This document shows positions 32,994-42,729 of a stretch of 64,000 bases of DNA, in pieces. A program made the translations under genes and the position numbers. Every line of letters starts with the position of its first letter. Within the stretch, counting starts at the first letter, position 1. Origin of the DNA: a virus. Its lineage: Duplodnaviria > Caudoviricetes. The DNA lies in the IMG/VR virus record IMGVR_UViG_3300022871_001550, positions 670 through 64,669 of that record. One strand, 5' to 3'. The notes below the pieces were generated by a model. The model saw only the letters and a program-made list of their open reading frames with translations, did no database searches and was not told the DNA's origin.

Positions 32994-33791
32994 TTACACG
33001 ATTTTCCAATCTTCGCAATAAAGGTCTTTTATATTATAGTTAGCATAAGCTTTTCCAAACCATATAGAGGGCGCTATAATTTTCTTTTTTGGATTTTTAT
33101 TCAAAAAAGCACTCCACCAAGAAAAAGTTGAATTGCATATAATGTTATGATTACATAAGCTCATTAAACACAAGTCTTCATAGTCCATAAAATCTTCAAC
33201 AAAAGTCAAATTATCCATATCTGGGAAATTATTTTTACACCATTCTATATCATCAGAGAAAACAAGAAATTTTTTGTCCATTCCTATTTTTTTCATAGCT
33301 TTCATATAGTAATTTAAACTTTGTGCTGGATGGTGGTCTGGAGATTTTAAATAATCTCCTCTTCTTACATGAATAGAGCATATATTGTCCGCAAGCATAT
33401 CAATTTTATATTTTGTTTTAACAACTTTGCTTACATTATTAACAATTTGCAAGGGAAATTCGAATAATTTTTTTATGTCACCCAAATAGTCTTTAAAGTA
33501 ATTTTCAGCCTGAAAATAACCAATTAGCATGACATTTCCATTTATGTTTGGAATTTCTGTAAAGTTAAATCCAGGCTCAGTGAATGACTTAAATCCTTTG
33601 GTATTATAATTGTTTAAAAAATCAACATTGTGTAATATATTTTCTTTGTAACTATCTAAATGTTTATGTACTACATTAAAATCATTAGTTGTTAATTTTA
33701 ATTCTTTATTGGTTTTTTTTGCATAAGCATATGCGGCAGCTATTTGGAAAAGCACATTTCCAATTCCACCCATAAGTTTAATTGTTACCAT
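32994..33791 (-). CDS. Alpha-1,2-fucosyl(colitosyl)transferase, GT11
   Basis: GGIGNVLFQ, GYFQ, IHVRRGDY, FSDDIEWC and NSTFSWW are the GT11 signatures. Confidence 0.92.
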   Translation of the reverse strand: MVTIKLMGGIGNVLFQIAAAYAYAKKTNKELKLTTNDFNVVHKHLDSYKENILHNVDFLNNYNTKGFKSFTEPGFNFTEIPNINGNVMLIGYFQAENYFKDYLGDIKKLFEFPLQIVNNVSKVVKTKYKIDMLADNICSIHVRRGDYLKSPDHHPAQSLNYYMKAMKKIGMDKKFLVFSDDIEWCKNNFPDMDNLTFVEDFMDYEDLCLMSLCNHNIICNSTFSWWSAFLNKNPKKKIIAPSIWFGKAYANYNIKDLYCEDWKIV

Positions 33792-34702
33792 GATTGCTTT
33801 TCTTTTAAAAATTCATAAGTTTTTTTTATCCCATCATATAATTCGGTAAATTTAAAATCAGGCATTATTTTTTTCATTAACCCATTAGAAACATCTTTTC
33901 TAAATTGACCATCTGGTTTGGTGGTATCAAATTTAATTTTTAAATGTTCTGCATCACATGCTTTTAGTGAAATCTTTGCAATTTCTTCTATAGAATAATT
34001 TTCTGTAGGAGCAACATTAAAGCTATCATAACAATTGTTATCAATACAAGATTTAATAACCTTAGCAAAATCTCTAGCGTAAACAAATTGTCTAAGAGGA
34101 GTTCCTGTACCAAATAACATTATATGGTCACTGCCATTTTGTTTCGCTATTATTATTTTTTTAATTAAAGCTGCAATAAAATGACTATTTTCCCCATACT
34201 TATCATACTCTCCATAAAGATTAGGAGGAGTAAGATAGTTGTAATTAGTTGCATACTGTTTGTTATATGCATCTATTTGTACTGCCATACATCTTTTTGC
34301 ATACCCATAAGAAAAATTAGTAAGAGTTGGTGGTCCTAAATGTAAATCACTCTCTTCCATTGGGTATTTTTTCACTTCGTCTGGATAAATACATGTGCTT
34401 AAGATACCAATAAATCTGTCAACATTATAAAATTTAGCCCATTTAATTAAAAGAGTATTCATTAAAATGTTATCAGTAAAATATTCTGCTGGCTTATTAA
34501 TGTTATCTATGATTCCTCCAACTTTAGCAGCTAAGTGTATAACAATATGTGGTTTGTATACCTTAAACATCGTAATAACTTCTTCTTCTTCTGTAAAATC
34601 ATATTCCTTAGTGGATAAATAAACCGCATTTGGCATAATGTCCCTAAGTGCTCTACCGACCATTCCTGAGCCACCTGTAACTACTATTTTCTTTTCTTCC
34701 AT
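33785..34702 (-). CDS. fcl: GDP-L-fucose synthase / GDP-colitose synthase (Fcl/ColC-like)
   Basis: VTGGSGMVG, HLAAKVGGI, LSTCIYP, YGYAKR, GTGTPLRQF and KPDGQFRK. Confidence 0.9.
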   Translation of the reverse strand: MEEKKIVVTGGSGMVGRALRDIMPNAVYLSTKEYDFTEEEEVITMFKVYKPHIVIHLAAKVGGIIDNINKPAEYFTDNILMNTLLIKWAKFYNVDRFIGILSTCIYPDEVKKYPMEESDLHLGPPTLTNFSYGYAKRCMAVQIDAYNKQYATNYNYLTPPNLYGEYDKYGENSHFIAALIKKIIIAKQNGSDHIMLFGTGTPLRQFVYARDFAKVIKSCIDNNCYDSFNVAPTENYSIEEIAKISLKACDAEHLKIKFDTTKPDGQFRKDVSNGLMKKIMPDFKFTELYDGIKKTYEFLKEKQSW

Positions 34703-34714
34703 ATTTTTAATTTA

Positions 34715-35482
34715 TTATGTCCACGTATGAAGTGAAATTGCAATTTCATCATTAAAAACTCTTGTGTTAAGTATATTTTCCACCTCTTGTTCCGTATAGT
34801 TTTTTGGGAAATCTTTACCTTCTAAAATTGTTTGAATATCTTTTTGAATTGAATATTCTCCTGAATGATGTTTTAGGCACCAATTTGCAAAACAATCTTG
34901 TTCAGTTGGGTATATTTTACTTGTTATATTTTTACAAGCCTCATTAAAAAATACATTAAAATCGTCACCATAAGGTTTTAACATTTCTTTGCTCATTTTT
35001 TTATTATACATCATAAAATCTATAATAAACGAATCATCTCCAACTCTCTCTAGGTCAAACATCTTTTGACTAAAAAGAAAATATGGTAAATGATAATGAG
35101 AATGTTGTGGTGACATAAAGAAAATAGGTTTTCCTTCGTCACTAAACAAATCCAATGGTTTTATAAAAAAATTATCAGATTGAATGTCTAGGTAAAAATC
35201 TTGTTCTGTCACATCTTGGAAAAGTGCCACAAAAGTTGCAAAGCACCAATTAGGCCTATGCACAATATTCTTTCTATCACATCCTGGAAAGACTTCATCA
35301 TCCTTAATGACAACTATTTTACTGTCATAATCAGAATTTTCTGGTTTGAAGCCATCTGGATTAATTAAAAACACCTTGCTTGGTTGTGGATTAAGAAACT
35401 TAATTGAGTTTATTACATGTCTAAGTTTTGCATAATCTTTAGTCCCACTTTTGATTAACACGTCATATTTTGGGTAATTCAT
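34715..35482 (-). CDS. Putative GT-A fold glycosyltransferase-like protein
   Basis: YLDIQSDNFFIKP at the DxD position; inside the glycosyltransferase operon. Confidence 0.5.
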   Translation of the reverse strand: MNYPKYDVLIKSGTKDYAKLRHVINSIKFLNPQPSKVFLINPDGFKPENSDYDSKIVVIKDDEVFPGCDRKNIVHRPNWCFATFVALFQDVTEQDFYLDIQSDNFFIKPLDLFSDEGKPIFFMSPQHSHYHLPYFLFSQKMFDLERVGDDSFIIDFMMYNKKMSKEMLKPYGDDFNVFFNEACKNITSKIYPTEQDCFANWCLKHHSGEYSIQKDIQTILEGKDFPKNYTEQEVENILNTRVFNDEIAISLHTWT

Positions 35483-35486
35483 ATTT

Positions 35487-36431
35487 TTATTTTCTTTTAT
35501 CTATTAAAGCAATTTGTTTTTTATATTCCTTTAAACTTTCAAATGTTTCTAAAGGTAAATAACGTCCTATGTTCATTGTATTTTCTTTAAGGTCTTTTAA
35601 TAAATTTATTGTATTTATATTTCCCAAATACTCATCTTCAAAATCTTTTGTTTCGTTATGAATATGTCTATCATGTCTGACATCAACCTCTGTATATACT
35701 GATTTAAAACCGCATGCTTGATTATAAAACGAGGCCCATATATCAGTCATTCTCCCTGTTTTCGCCATCATGAAATATTCCCTAGCCGCAGCTCTTGATA
35801 AAATTGTATTCTGAGAATTATAAGGAGAAAATGTATTTGTCGCCATTGGAAAACCAGCTTTTGTATACTCGCAAAATTTGATTTTATGCATATGCTCCAT
35901 CCTACAAATCGAGTCTATGTCTGGCTCATTATTCCAAAGACCAGATTGAACATCTGGAATTATGGTTTTTCTAGTTCTAATATAGCTATCTCTTTCCTTT
36001 AGTAACTGAAGAGGATATCCTCTATGCCATAGTTTAGGATAATTTGTATGATATAATGGGTCAAAGCAAATTCTATCTGTTTCGTAAAAATCAACTTCTA
36101 CTTCTTTGCCAATCAATAAGTTTTTCCCCCAATTATCAAGAGGCACATTATCATCGTCTACTATTGCTATTATATCCGCTCCTCTATCATATGCTTCAAG
36201 TACACCTAGATTTTTTCTTTCTGCACAATTCCAACCAATAAGGTCACTTAGTTTTTTCCATTTATTTTCTTGGTATTTAGGTATTAAGTAATCACATTTG
36301 ATTTTTTTATAATCTTCCTCTGGGGTTTTTAAATCCCCCACCACAATAAGCTCCCATTCCTCCATTTTAGAGTATTTTTCAGTTGCCTCTAAAACGGAGC
36401 TTATAGTTGTTGTTACGATAATTTTTTTCAT
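35487..36431 (-). CDS. STELLO/DUF288-like (RGP-related) glycosyltransferase
   Basis: IVTTTI, LIVVGDLKTP, RKNLG, IVDDDN, WHRGYP, PDIDSICR, PYNSQNT and GRMTDIWAS. Confidence 0.75.
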   Translation of the reverse strand: MKKIIVTTTISSVLEATEKYSKMEEWELIVVGDLKTPEEDYKKIKCDYLIPKYQENKWKKLSDLIGWNCAERKNLGVLEAYDRGADIIAIVDDDNVPLDNWGKNLLIGKEVEVDFYETDRICFDPLYHTNYPKLWHRGYPLQLLKERDSYIRTRKTIIPDVQSGLWNNEPDIDSICRMEHMHKIKFCEYTKAGFPMATNTFSPYNSQNTILSRAAAREYFMMAKTGRMTDIWASFYNQACGFKSVYTEVDVRHDRHIHNETKDFEDEYLGNINTINLLKDLKENTMNIGRYLPLETFESLKEYKKQIALIDKRK

Positions 36432-36438
36432 AGTGTTT

Positions 36439-37245
36439 TTATTTTAATATTTTTTTTATGGTTTTTTTCAAACGAGCTTTAATATTAACAAACTCTTTAC
36501 TTAATTCATAGTTTTTTTCAACATATTTTAATTTTTCCAAATATGTGTTTTCATCTAAAGAGTTACAAACACTAATAATTTCATCAACAGAATTTACTAA
36601 AAACATTCCATCTGTATCAAAATAGTTTTCAATGTTTGGACATCCATAGTAAATAGGCACTGTTTTGGTATATAAACAATCAATTAACTTTTCAGTAAAC
36701 CAATTTTTTCTTTTTACATTTTCAATAACAATATGAAATTGACTGTTAAACAAAGGTTCTTTTTTATTACCCAACAAAGGATTGTTGTTAAAATTTTGAA
36801 GGTTTCCATGCATATTTCCGCTAATAAAAAACCTTTTAGGAGTTTTTATTTTATTTTCCTTGTACCAGAGCTTTTGTCTTAAGTGATGTCCAGGCGCCAT
36901 TAACTTTCCTCCTACTAATGTCGAAACTTCAAATTTTTTCTTTGTAAAAGAATATGGCTCTTTAATCCATGTTGTGCCAAATTCAAACAATATAGCATTT
37001 TTACACTTATCTAATATTTCCTGATTATGAGTTAAGATAAAATCAAACTCTCGCTGTCTACTAATTGCCATATTAGTAAATGCAGGAGCTATTTCTGGTG
37101 GCTCTAATATAAAAAGAATTTTAATAACATTTTTCCCAAGAACTTTATTTACATTATGAAAGTCCACAAAAAGCTCTATTTTTTTTTCATGAAACATCTC
37201 AAAATCTAAATCCCAAGTACAATTTATATTTAATTTATTCATCAT
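36439..37245 (-). CDS. GT10-like (alpha-1,3/4-fucosyltransferase-type) glycosyltransferase
   Basis: FHIVIEN...WFTEKLIDCL..KTVPIYYG motif; upstream LEPP. Confidence 0.75.
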   Translation of the reverse strand: MMNKLNINCTWDLDFEMFHEKKIELFVDFHNVNKVLGKNVIKILFILEPPEIAPAFTNMAISRQREFDFILTHNQEILDKCKNAILFEFGTTWIKEPYSFTKKKFEVSTLVGGKLMAPGHHLRQKLWYKENKIKTPKRFFISGNMHGNLQNFNNNPLLGNKKEPLFNSQFHIVIENVKRKNWFTEKLIDCLYTKTVPIYYGCPNIENYFDTDGMFLVNSVDEIISVCNSLDENTYLEKLKYVEKNYELSKEFVNIKARLKKTIKKILK

Positions 37246-38116
37246 TAAATAATTTATTTAGTTTTTTAAAGTCTTCTTCATTGTATTTTACTTTAATATC
37301 TTTGTTATAAAATATCTTCATATAAAGCGCATATCTTGCTTCTGCCCAGTCTGCATATGAATCAGGAACATCCCCTTTTCCATTTTCATAGAAACTCATT
37401 CCAGAACCAATTCCTGCAAAATGAGCAATGTTTTCACCAAAATCAATTATTTTATTTAAATCACTAAATCCATTATCCCAATCTCCTTTCTCATTACAAG
37501 AACCATATTTTTTAAAATCTAAATAATAAATTTTACCTTCGTTTTTTATAATATCAAAAGAAACTGGGTCAAAAAAATCTATTACATTAAATCCCATTGG
37601 ATTATAATAACCAACAATCATTTGCTGTAACGTTTGAAAATCATAATTTGAAACTTTGTTTATGTTATAACCAAAAAAATAAGTACTACTTACGTCAGAC
37701 ATATTATTATATTGACCATTTTTATTTGCTACATTGTTTTTATAAGGTCTTCTTGGTCCTACTAAATCATATCCTTCTTTAAATTTACTAATAATGTCAT
37801 TTAAACTTTCTTTTCTAAAAATTATATCACTATCAAAATGAATCACATAATCATAATCTCCATATTCTCTTTTAAGAACTTTTGCAAATATATATGCAGT
37901 CCCTAAATGTCCCCCTGTTTTATAATAATGTTTTAATTTATCATCGCCAGCAAAATTAATATATTCAACATTATTAAATTTCCCAAGATTTTTAAAATCC
38001 TTGTCCGTACCTGCAACGTGTATAATTACATCTTTGTGAAACTTAAAAAAACTTTCTAAGCATTTTTTTCCAATTAATCCACAATTAAATATTTCTGTAT
38101 AAATAAAAATTTTCAT
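37235..38116 (-). CDS. Putative GT-A glycosyltransferase
   Basis: YVIHFDSDIIF DxD motif and a C-terminal HFAG. Confidence 0.6.
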   Translation of the reverse strand: MKIFIYTEIFNCGLIGKKCLESFFKFHKDVIIHVAGTDKDFKNLGKFNNVEYINFAGDDKLKHYYKTGGHLGTAYIFAKVLKREYGDYDYVIHFDSDIIFRKESLNDIISKFKEGYDLVGPRRPYKNNVANKNGQYNNMSDVSSTYFFGYNINKVSNYDFQTLQQMIVGYYNPMGFNVIDFFDPVSFDIIKNEGKIYYLDFKKYGSCNEKGDWDNGFSDLNKIIDFGENIAHFAGIGSGMSFYENGKGDVPDSYADWAEARYALYMKIFYNKDIKVKYNEEDFKKLNKLFNDE

Positions 38117-38120
38117 CTCG

Positions 38121-38729
38121 TTATTTTTTTAAAAAATCATAATTAACTTCTTTGTTTAATATATCGCTATAACCATCTTTTTGCCACGCTAAATGAGGAC
38201 GAAAAACATAACAATTAAAGCTCCCCTGCAATAAAGAATACATAACATCCACCTCATGCTTTAATTTAGGAAACATCTTTAAAACTACCTCGTAAACAGG
38301 CTTTCTAATAGCATAAGCATGAGTGGTATAAGTTTTTTGAATTTTTGCAACATTTTCATCAACCATTTCTAGTGGTATTCCATTATGATTACCTCCAAAA
38401 TAAAGCATATCCCAATCTTCTGGAACTTGTTTAATAAGTTTTTTAAAATCATCTTGTAAGTTTTCAGAAAAAACAACATCATCTTCTAAAACTAATATCT
38501 GATTTAAATTATTTTCACTTGCTTTTTTTATAATATTATAATGACTTAATACGCACCCTACGTGCCCTGACACAATTTTAGTTGGGATATTATCTGGATT
38601 ACCCTCTATTGCCGAAAATCGCTCTACTTCTAAATTATGTTTCTTAAACTGAACTTGTGCTTGCTCCCATCTATCTTTTCTCTTATCAAGATTTACGCAA
38701 TAAATTTTTTCAAAATATTCATTCATCAT
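38121..38729 (-). CDS. Glycosyltransferase family 25
   Basis: VNLDKRKDR, RFSAIEG, GCVLSH, LVLEDD, DWDMLYFG and THAYAI. Confidence 0.9.
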   Translation of the reverse strand: MMNEYFEKIYCVNLDKRKDRWEQAQVQFKKHNLEVERFSAIEGNPDNIPTKIVSGHVGCVLSHYNIIKKASENNLNQILVLEDDVVFSENLQDDFKKLIKQVPEDWDMLYFGGNHNGIPLEMVDENVAKIQKTYTTHAYAIRKPVYEVVLKMFPKLKHEVDVMYSLLQGSFNCYVFRPHLAWQKDGYSDILNKEVNYDFLKK

Positions 38730-39610
38730 ATTAAAAATTTCTTAATTTGTTTACTTTTTTCTTTTATTTCTCTTGTTTTTTCTTCTTTTGTAAGCTTTTT
38801 AAAATCCTCGTAAATTTTTTGCATTTGCTTAATATACGGATTGCTCATATATGTTGGAGAGTGATACATATGAAAAATATCAATAGCAGGATTTTCAGCC
38901 GTATGCATTTTACTAATAGTATCTATTTTTTCCCAAAAATAAGCATCCTCGGGGGAGTTAGCCAAAAACAAATCATCATCATATCCGCCAACATCGAAAA
39001 ACAATTCTCTTTCAACTAAAATAGAACCGCCAGGCGCTCCCAACATAACTTTTCCTCCCAGTCTCGGCAGGTCTATGTTTGAATTGTCTTTCAAATTTAA
39101 TACATCAAATGCTGTAAATTTTTCATTGACAATTTCTTTTGTTAAATTTTCATTACAATATAAAACCCTGCGCTGTTGAAAACATTGAATTGCTTTACAG
39201 TTTTGATTTGTTATGTTTTTGGTTAATTTTACAAAAAAATCAGATTGAACTAAGCAATCAATGTCATGAAATAGAATATATTTAGAGATATTTGAATATA
39301 AAGCTCCTAAATTATAACACAAACATTTGTTAAACAATTCATCAGGAGCCGATTTAATCCAAATGTAATTTATTTTATTTTTTTTGCAAAATTTAGCATG
39401 GTCTGGAATTTCAGAGTGCTCTATAACTGTATAACTTATTGCTAAACTCGAATTTTCTTTAGCTTTTAAGAAACTGTTATACATCGGTTGGGCAAATTCT
39501 ATCCTATTACGCACTGGAATAAGAAAGTTAATATCAAAAAGTTTCTCTGGATTTTGAATTAAAACTAAATTTTCTTCTTTTATTTTTTTGTAATTATTCA
39601 TAACTTTCAA
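38726..39610 (-). CDS. GT2/GT7-like (galactosyltransferase-type) glycosyltransferase
   Basis: IPVRNR, FNKCLCYNLG, FHDID, GG...FFDVGGYDD...ED and HMYH. Confidence 0.8.
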   Translation of the reverse strand: MKVMNNYKKIKEENLVLIQNPEKLFDINFLIPVRNRIEFAQPMYNSFLKAKENSSLAISYTVIEHSEIPDHAKFCKKNKINYIWIKSAPDELFNKCLCYNLGALYSNISKYILFHDIDCLVQSDFFVKLTKNITNQNCKAIQCFQQRRVLYCNENLTKEIVNEKFTAFDVLNLKDNSNIDLPRLGGKVMLGAPGGSILVERELFFDVGGYDDDLFLANSPEDAYFWEKIDTISKMHTAENPAIDIFHMYHSPTYMSNPYIKQMQKIYEDFKKLTKEEKTREIKEKSKQIKKFLI

Positions 39611-40337
39611 TTTGATTAAAAGGTTTCTTTTTCAATATCTCTTTATGAATATCCCATTGTAATTTTTGATTTACTTTATCATCACTTATTGGATTGTCAC
39701 GATTGTAAGTATATAATACCTTATCTATATATTTTACTTTATCATATCCCGACAACTCTAAAAGAGGAAGCATAATGGCAACATCATACGTCATTTTATA
39801 AAATTCACCATTTTTTCCCTTTAAACAACTAAACCCTTTGTCTTGGTCTTCTATTGCCATATAGACTCCTGTGATAAACGTTCTTAAATGAGAGATTCTA
39901 AAAGGGGCTTTTCTCAAATGGTCAAATTCTTCTTTGGGATATGCCGAAGCAAACCCTCTTCTCCCATCTGTCCAAGATGCTTGTCCATAAGTTACCCAAC
40001 AATCATTTTCATTGTAGAAATCATTTAAATACTTTAAAACATTCTTACTTGGAAGCCAATCGTCACCGTCCACTAATACTACAATATCTTCTGGATTACA
40101 GTGATACATAATCGCATGATGAATGTTTGGAAGAGCTGTTACGTTGACTTCATTTTTAATGCATATAACCTTTTTATTATCATGAGGCAATAAATCCCAT
40201 GACTTATCAGTTGACGCATCATCAACAAAAATTACTTTATAGTTCTCATATTTTTGAGACATCACTGAACCCATGCATCTTTCTATAAACTTCTCAGCAT
40301 TATAGAATGGTACTATTATTTTAAAGCTTCTTTCCAT
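39594..40337 (-). CDS. Glycosyltransferase family 2
   Basis: IIVPFYNAEKFIERC, VDDASTD, VDGDDWL and LYTYN. Confidence 0.9.
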   Translation of the reverse strand: MERSFKIIVPFYNAEKFIERCMGSVMSQKYENYKVIFVDDASTDKSWDLLPHDNKKVICIKNEVNVTALPNIHHAIMYHCNPEDIVVLVDGDDWLPSKNVLKYLNDFYNENDCWVTYGQASWTDGRRGFASAYPKEEFDHLRKAPFRISHLRTFITGVYMAIEDQDKGFSCLKGKNGEFYKMTYDVAIMLPLLELSGYDKVKYIDKVLYTYNRDNPISDDKVNQKLQWDIHKEILKKKPFNQIESYE

Positions 40338-41107
40338 TATTTAGCTATTTTAATATTTTCGAAGTGTATTTCACCTTCACATTTATTTATATTTGTAAAA
40401 TCCATACTTTCGAAGTCGGGGGTATATCCATCTAAAAAGTCATCAATAGTTATGAACTCTGGATTATAAGGAATAAAAACAGATTTACTGTACTTAAAGG
40501 CCGTCATATGTTTTTTAGGAAAAAGCTCAAACATTTGTAATCCCTCTTCGAGAGTAAAGTGGTCATTAAATACTGCTTTTTTTATAAGCTTGGTAATTTC
40601 TTTAGTATTAAATATATGTCCATGCAAACTAAAAGGATATCCAAAATCTAAATAATGTTTAGACCAATCCCAAATTATATGATTATCCTCTTCTCTGGCC
40701 TTTATAACATTTTCGCACTCCATTCTCGTACAAACATTCGTATTTAATCCCAATCTTAAAGAATGACAAAGAACTTCATCGTTTAATAAACATTTTTGAA
40801 CCTCTGATATGTCAAAATCATCAAACAAGACATCGCCATCAGTTAAAAATAAGACCTCTTTAGACATAAGTGTCTTTAGAAGATTTATTAGATTTTTTTT
40901 ATAGTTACCTATATTTGTCGTATGCCAATAGATTTCAGAAAACTCTCCCCAGTGCTCTAAAAGTTGCAAATATCCCTTAGGTGTTCCTTTTTCTATGCCA
41001 TGAAATAAAACATTTATTTTAACTTCTGAAAACTTTTTCTTCAAAGATTGCAAAGTTAACGATAGCATTTGGGGGTTATTCTGACTGAGAATTATTATAT
41101 CTAACAT
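40337..41107 (-). CDS. GT-A/GT2-like protein, first gene of the glycan operon
   Basis: IIILSQNNPQML...FLTDGDVL...SLRLG...FGYPFSLHGHIF. Confidence 0.55.
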   Translation of the reverse strand: MLDIIILSQNNPQMLSLTLQSLKKKFSEVKINVLFHGIEKGTPKGYLQLLEHWGEFSEIYWHTTNIGNYKKNLINLLKTLMSKEVLFLTDGDVLFDDFDISEVQKCLLNDEVLCHSLRLGLNTNVCTRMECENVIKAREEDNHIIWDWSKHYLDFGYPFSLHGHIFNTKEITKLIKKAVFNDHFTLEEGLQMFELFPKKHMTAFKYSKSVFIPYNPEFITIDDFLDGYTPDFESMDFTNINKCEGEIHFENIKIAK

Positions 41108-41121
41108 ATTTAACGTTTACG

Positions 41122-41153
41122 CAAATATATGAAATTTCCATCAAATAATCAAC
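41122..41153 (-). promoter_or_regulatory. Bacteroidota-type sigma-A promoter driving the glycan operon
   Basis: Minus strand GTTG-N20-TATATTTG, 14 nt before the ATG at 41107 (consensus TTTG-N19-21-TAnnTTTG). Confidence 0.65.
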
Positions 41154-41239
41154 TTTTTTCAAAAAAATACAATATGTTTTAAAGAAAAAACGAAAAATAA
41201 AAAATTTTGTAATATTTATTTAAAAATAAACGTAAAGTT

Positions 41240-41671
41240 ATGAAAGTTAATCCAAACAATGTAAAAAAAGCTATAATTCAAGAAGCAATTAATTACAAGG
41301 CGAAAACAGAATTATATAAAAAAGCAAAACAATTAAACGAAGAAGTAAAAAAATTAAATGAAATGCGTTCTTTTGAAGTTGGCTTAGGTCCTGGTTTTAA
41401 GAATTCTACTGCACCTGGAATGCCTGGTGGTGGCGGAACACCTGCTCAAGTTTTAGGCCTAGCTACACCATCTCCTATGGCAAGTGAAATTGGCGATTCT
41501 GAAGATTTAAATGCCGTAGGTAACCTACAAGACCTTTATGCACTTGACCAAGAAATGTGTTGCCAAGATGGCGAAAATGAAGGTGAAGATGCTGTTGAAA
41601 TGGATGCGCAGACTAAACTATTAGATTTAGAAAGACAAATTGAAGAGTTAAAACAGACTTTACAAAAATAA
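41240..41671 (+). CDS. Head-associated/internal protein (putative)
   Basis: Several [IL]xE sites; coiled-coil ends; TATTTAT upstream. Confidence 0.5.
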   Translation: MKVNPNNVKKAIIQEAINYKAKTELYKKAKQLNEEVKKLNEMRSFEVGLGPGFKNSTAPGMPGGGGTPAQVLGLATPSPMASEIGDSEDLNAVGNLQDLYALDQEMCCQDGENEGEDAVEMDAQTKLLDLERQIEELKQTLQK

Positions 41672-41723
41672 AAATGTTTTTTCATTTTTTTATTATATTT
41701 ATTAAAAACAAAAAAAATTAATT

Positions 41724-42470
41724 ATGGCAAAGAAAATTAAAATTTCCAAATCAGAAGTTGTTCAAATAATCAAAGAAGAATATGCTAAGAAGAAACAAGA
41801 GGTTAAATTGAAAACCCGTTTACAAGAAGTTGAAGCGAAAATCAAGACTCTTATAGAAGGTTTTTCAATGGAAGATGAAGAAACAATTGAAGAAGTAGAG
41901 GCAAGTGGAACAAGAAAAATCAATAGCGGAAGTCCTGACGGTTTATCTGATGGTGATGGTTTTGGTAAGAAATTCCAAGTCAAAGGAACTCATAAACTTG
42001 AAGAAGATGAAGAATTAGAAATTCCTGGAGAAGATGTAGAAGAAATTGAAGTTGAAATTCCTGGAGACGAAGACGTAGAAATGGGTTTTGAAGATGATAT
42101 TGAAGCCACTGATGACATCGAAGCATTACTTGCAAAATTAGCAGATGCCATAGAAGAAAAAGTTGAAGACGTTGTTGACAAAAAATTAGGCGGAGAAGCT
42201 GAAGAGGGTGGAGAAGGAATTGAAATTGACGCTCCTGGAGACGAAGAAGGCATGGAAGTTAATCCTGAAGAAATTGAAGAATTACAAGAAAATGCTGAAG
42301 AGCCACAAGATGGACATTCACCAGCAACAGAACAATCTTCAGATGGTCCAGGTGAGAAAACTCCTTTTACAGAAAAGCAAGATACTATTAATGAAAGTCA
42401 GTTAATATCAGAAGAAGCGAAAAGTAGAAGTCAAGTTTTAGCAGGAATCAAAAAAGGAGATATATTTTAA
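41724..42470 (+). CDS. Acidic prohead-core/scaffold-like protein
   Basis: Very Glu-rich; C-terminal RSQVLAGIKK matches the scaffold's RRKVLAGIQK. Confidence 0.55.
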   Translation: MAKKIKISKSEVVQIIKEEYAKKKQEVKLKTRLQEVEAKIKTLIEGFSMEDEETIEEVEASGTRKINSGSPDGLSDGDGFGKKFQVKGTHKLEEDEELEIPGEDVEEIEVEIPGDEDVEMGFEDDIEATDDIEALLAKLADAIEEKVEDVVDKKLGGEAEEGGEGIEIDAPGDEEGMEVNPEEIEELQENAEEPQDGHSPATEQSSDGPGEKTPFTEKQDTINESQLISEEAKSRSQVLAGIKKGDIF

Positions 42471-42487
42471 TCAAAATATAAGAACAT

Positions 42488-42521
42488 AAAAAAGGGAACT
42501 AAAATTTAGTCCCCTTTTTTT
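42488..42521. terminator. Bidirectional intrinsic terminator
   Basis: aaaaaaggg-aactaaaatttagtc-cccttttttt between convergent genes. Confidence 0.75.
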
Positions 42522-42532
42522 GTTTACAATAA

Positions 42533-42700
42533 TTAATCTTCTTTTAATAGTTCTCGCCCATCTTCGGTTACTACTTTTAATTCTTCTCTTTCCATAAGAC
42601 CATCACTATGGCCAGGGATTGTTTTTATTCCCTTTTGAGCAGGTTTTTCTTTTTGAGGTGATATTAAACCAGTTCCTCTTTTTTCGTTTGTATTTTTCAT
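42533..42700 (-). CDS. Small hypothetical protein (55 aa)
   Basis: MKNTNEKRGTGLISPQ...KVVTEDGRELLKED; own TATTTAT motif (42714-42720) and terminator; not in the ORF track. Confidence 0.7.
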   Translation of the reverse strand: MKNTNEKRGTGLISPQKEKPAQKGIKTIPGHSDGLMEREELKVVTEDGRELLKED

Positions 42701-42729
42701 AACTTTTTTTTTTATAAATAGATTAAATT

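Noticed and set aside
24900-41107. A host O-antigen/capsule locus, implying a prophage boundary or chimeric contig
   Set aside because: There are no wzx, wzy, wzz or initiating transferase genes. The block runs directly into the phage sigma gene, contains a phage-type metallophosphoesterase and an intein, and is flanked by virion genes of similar composition.
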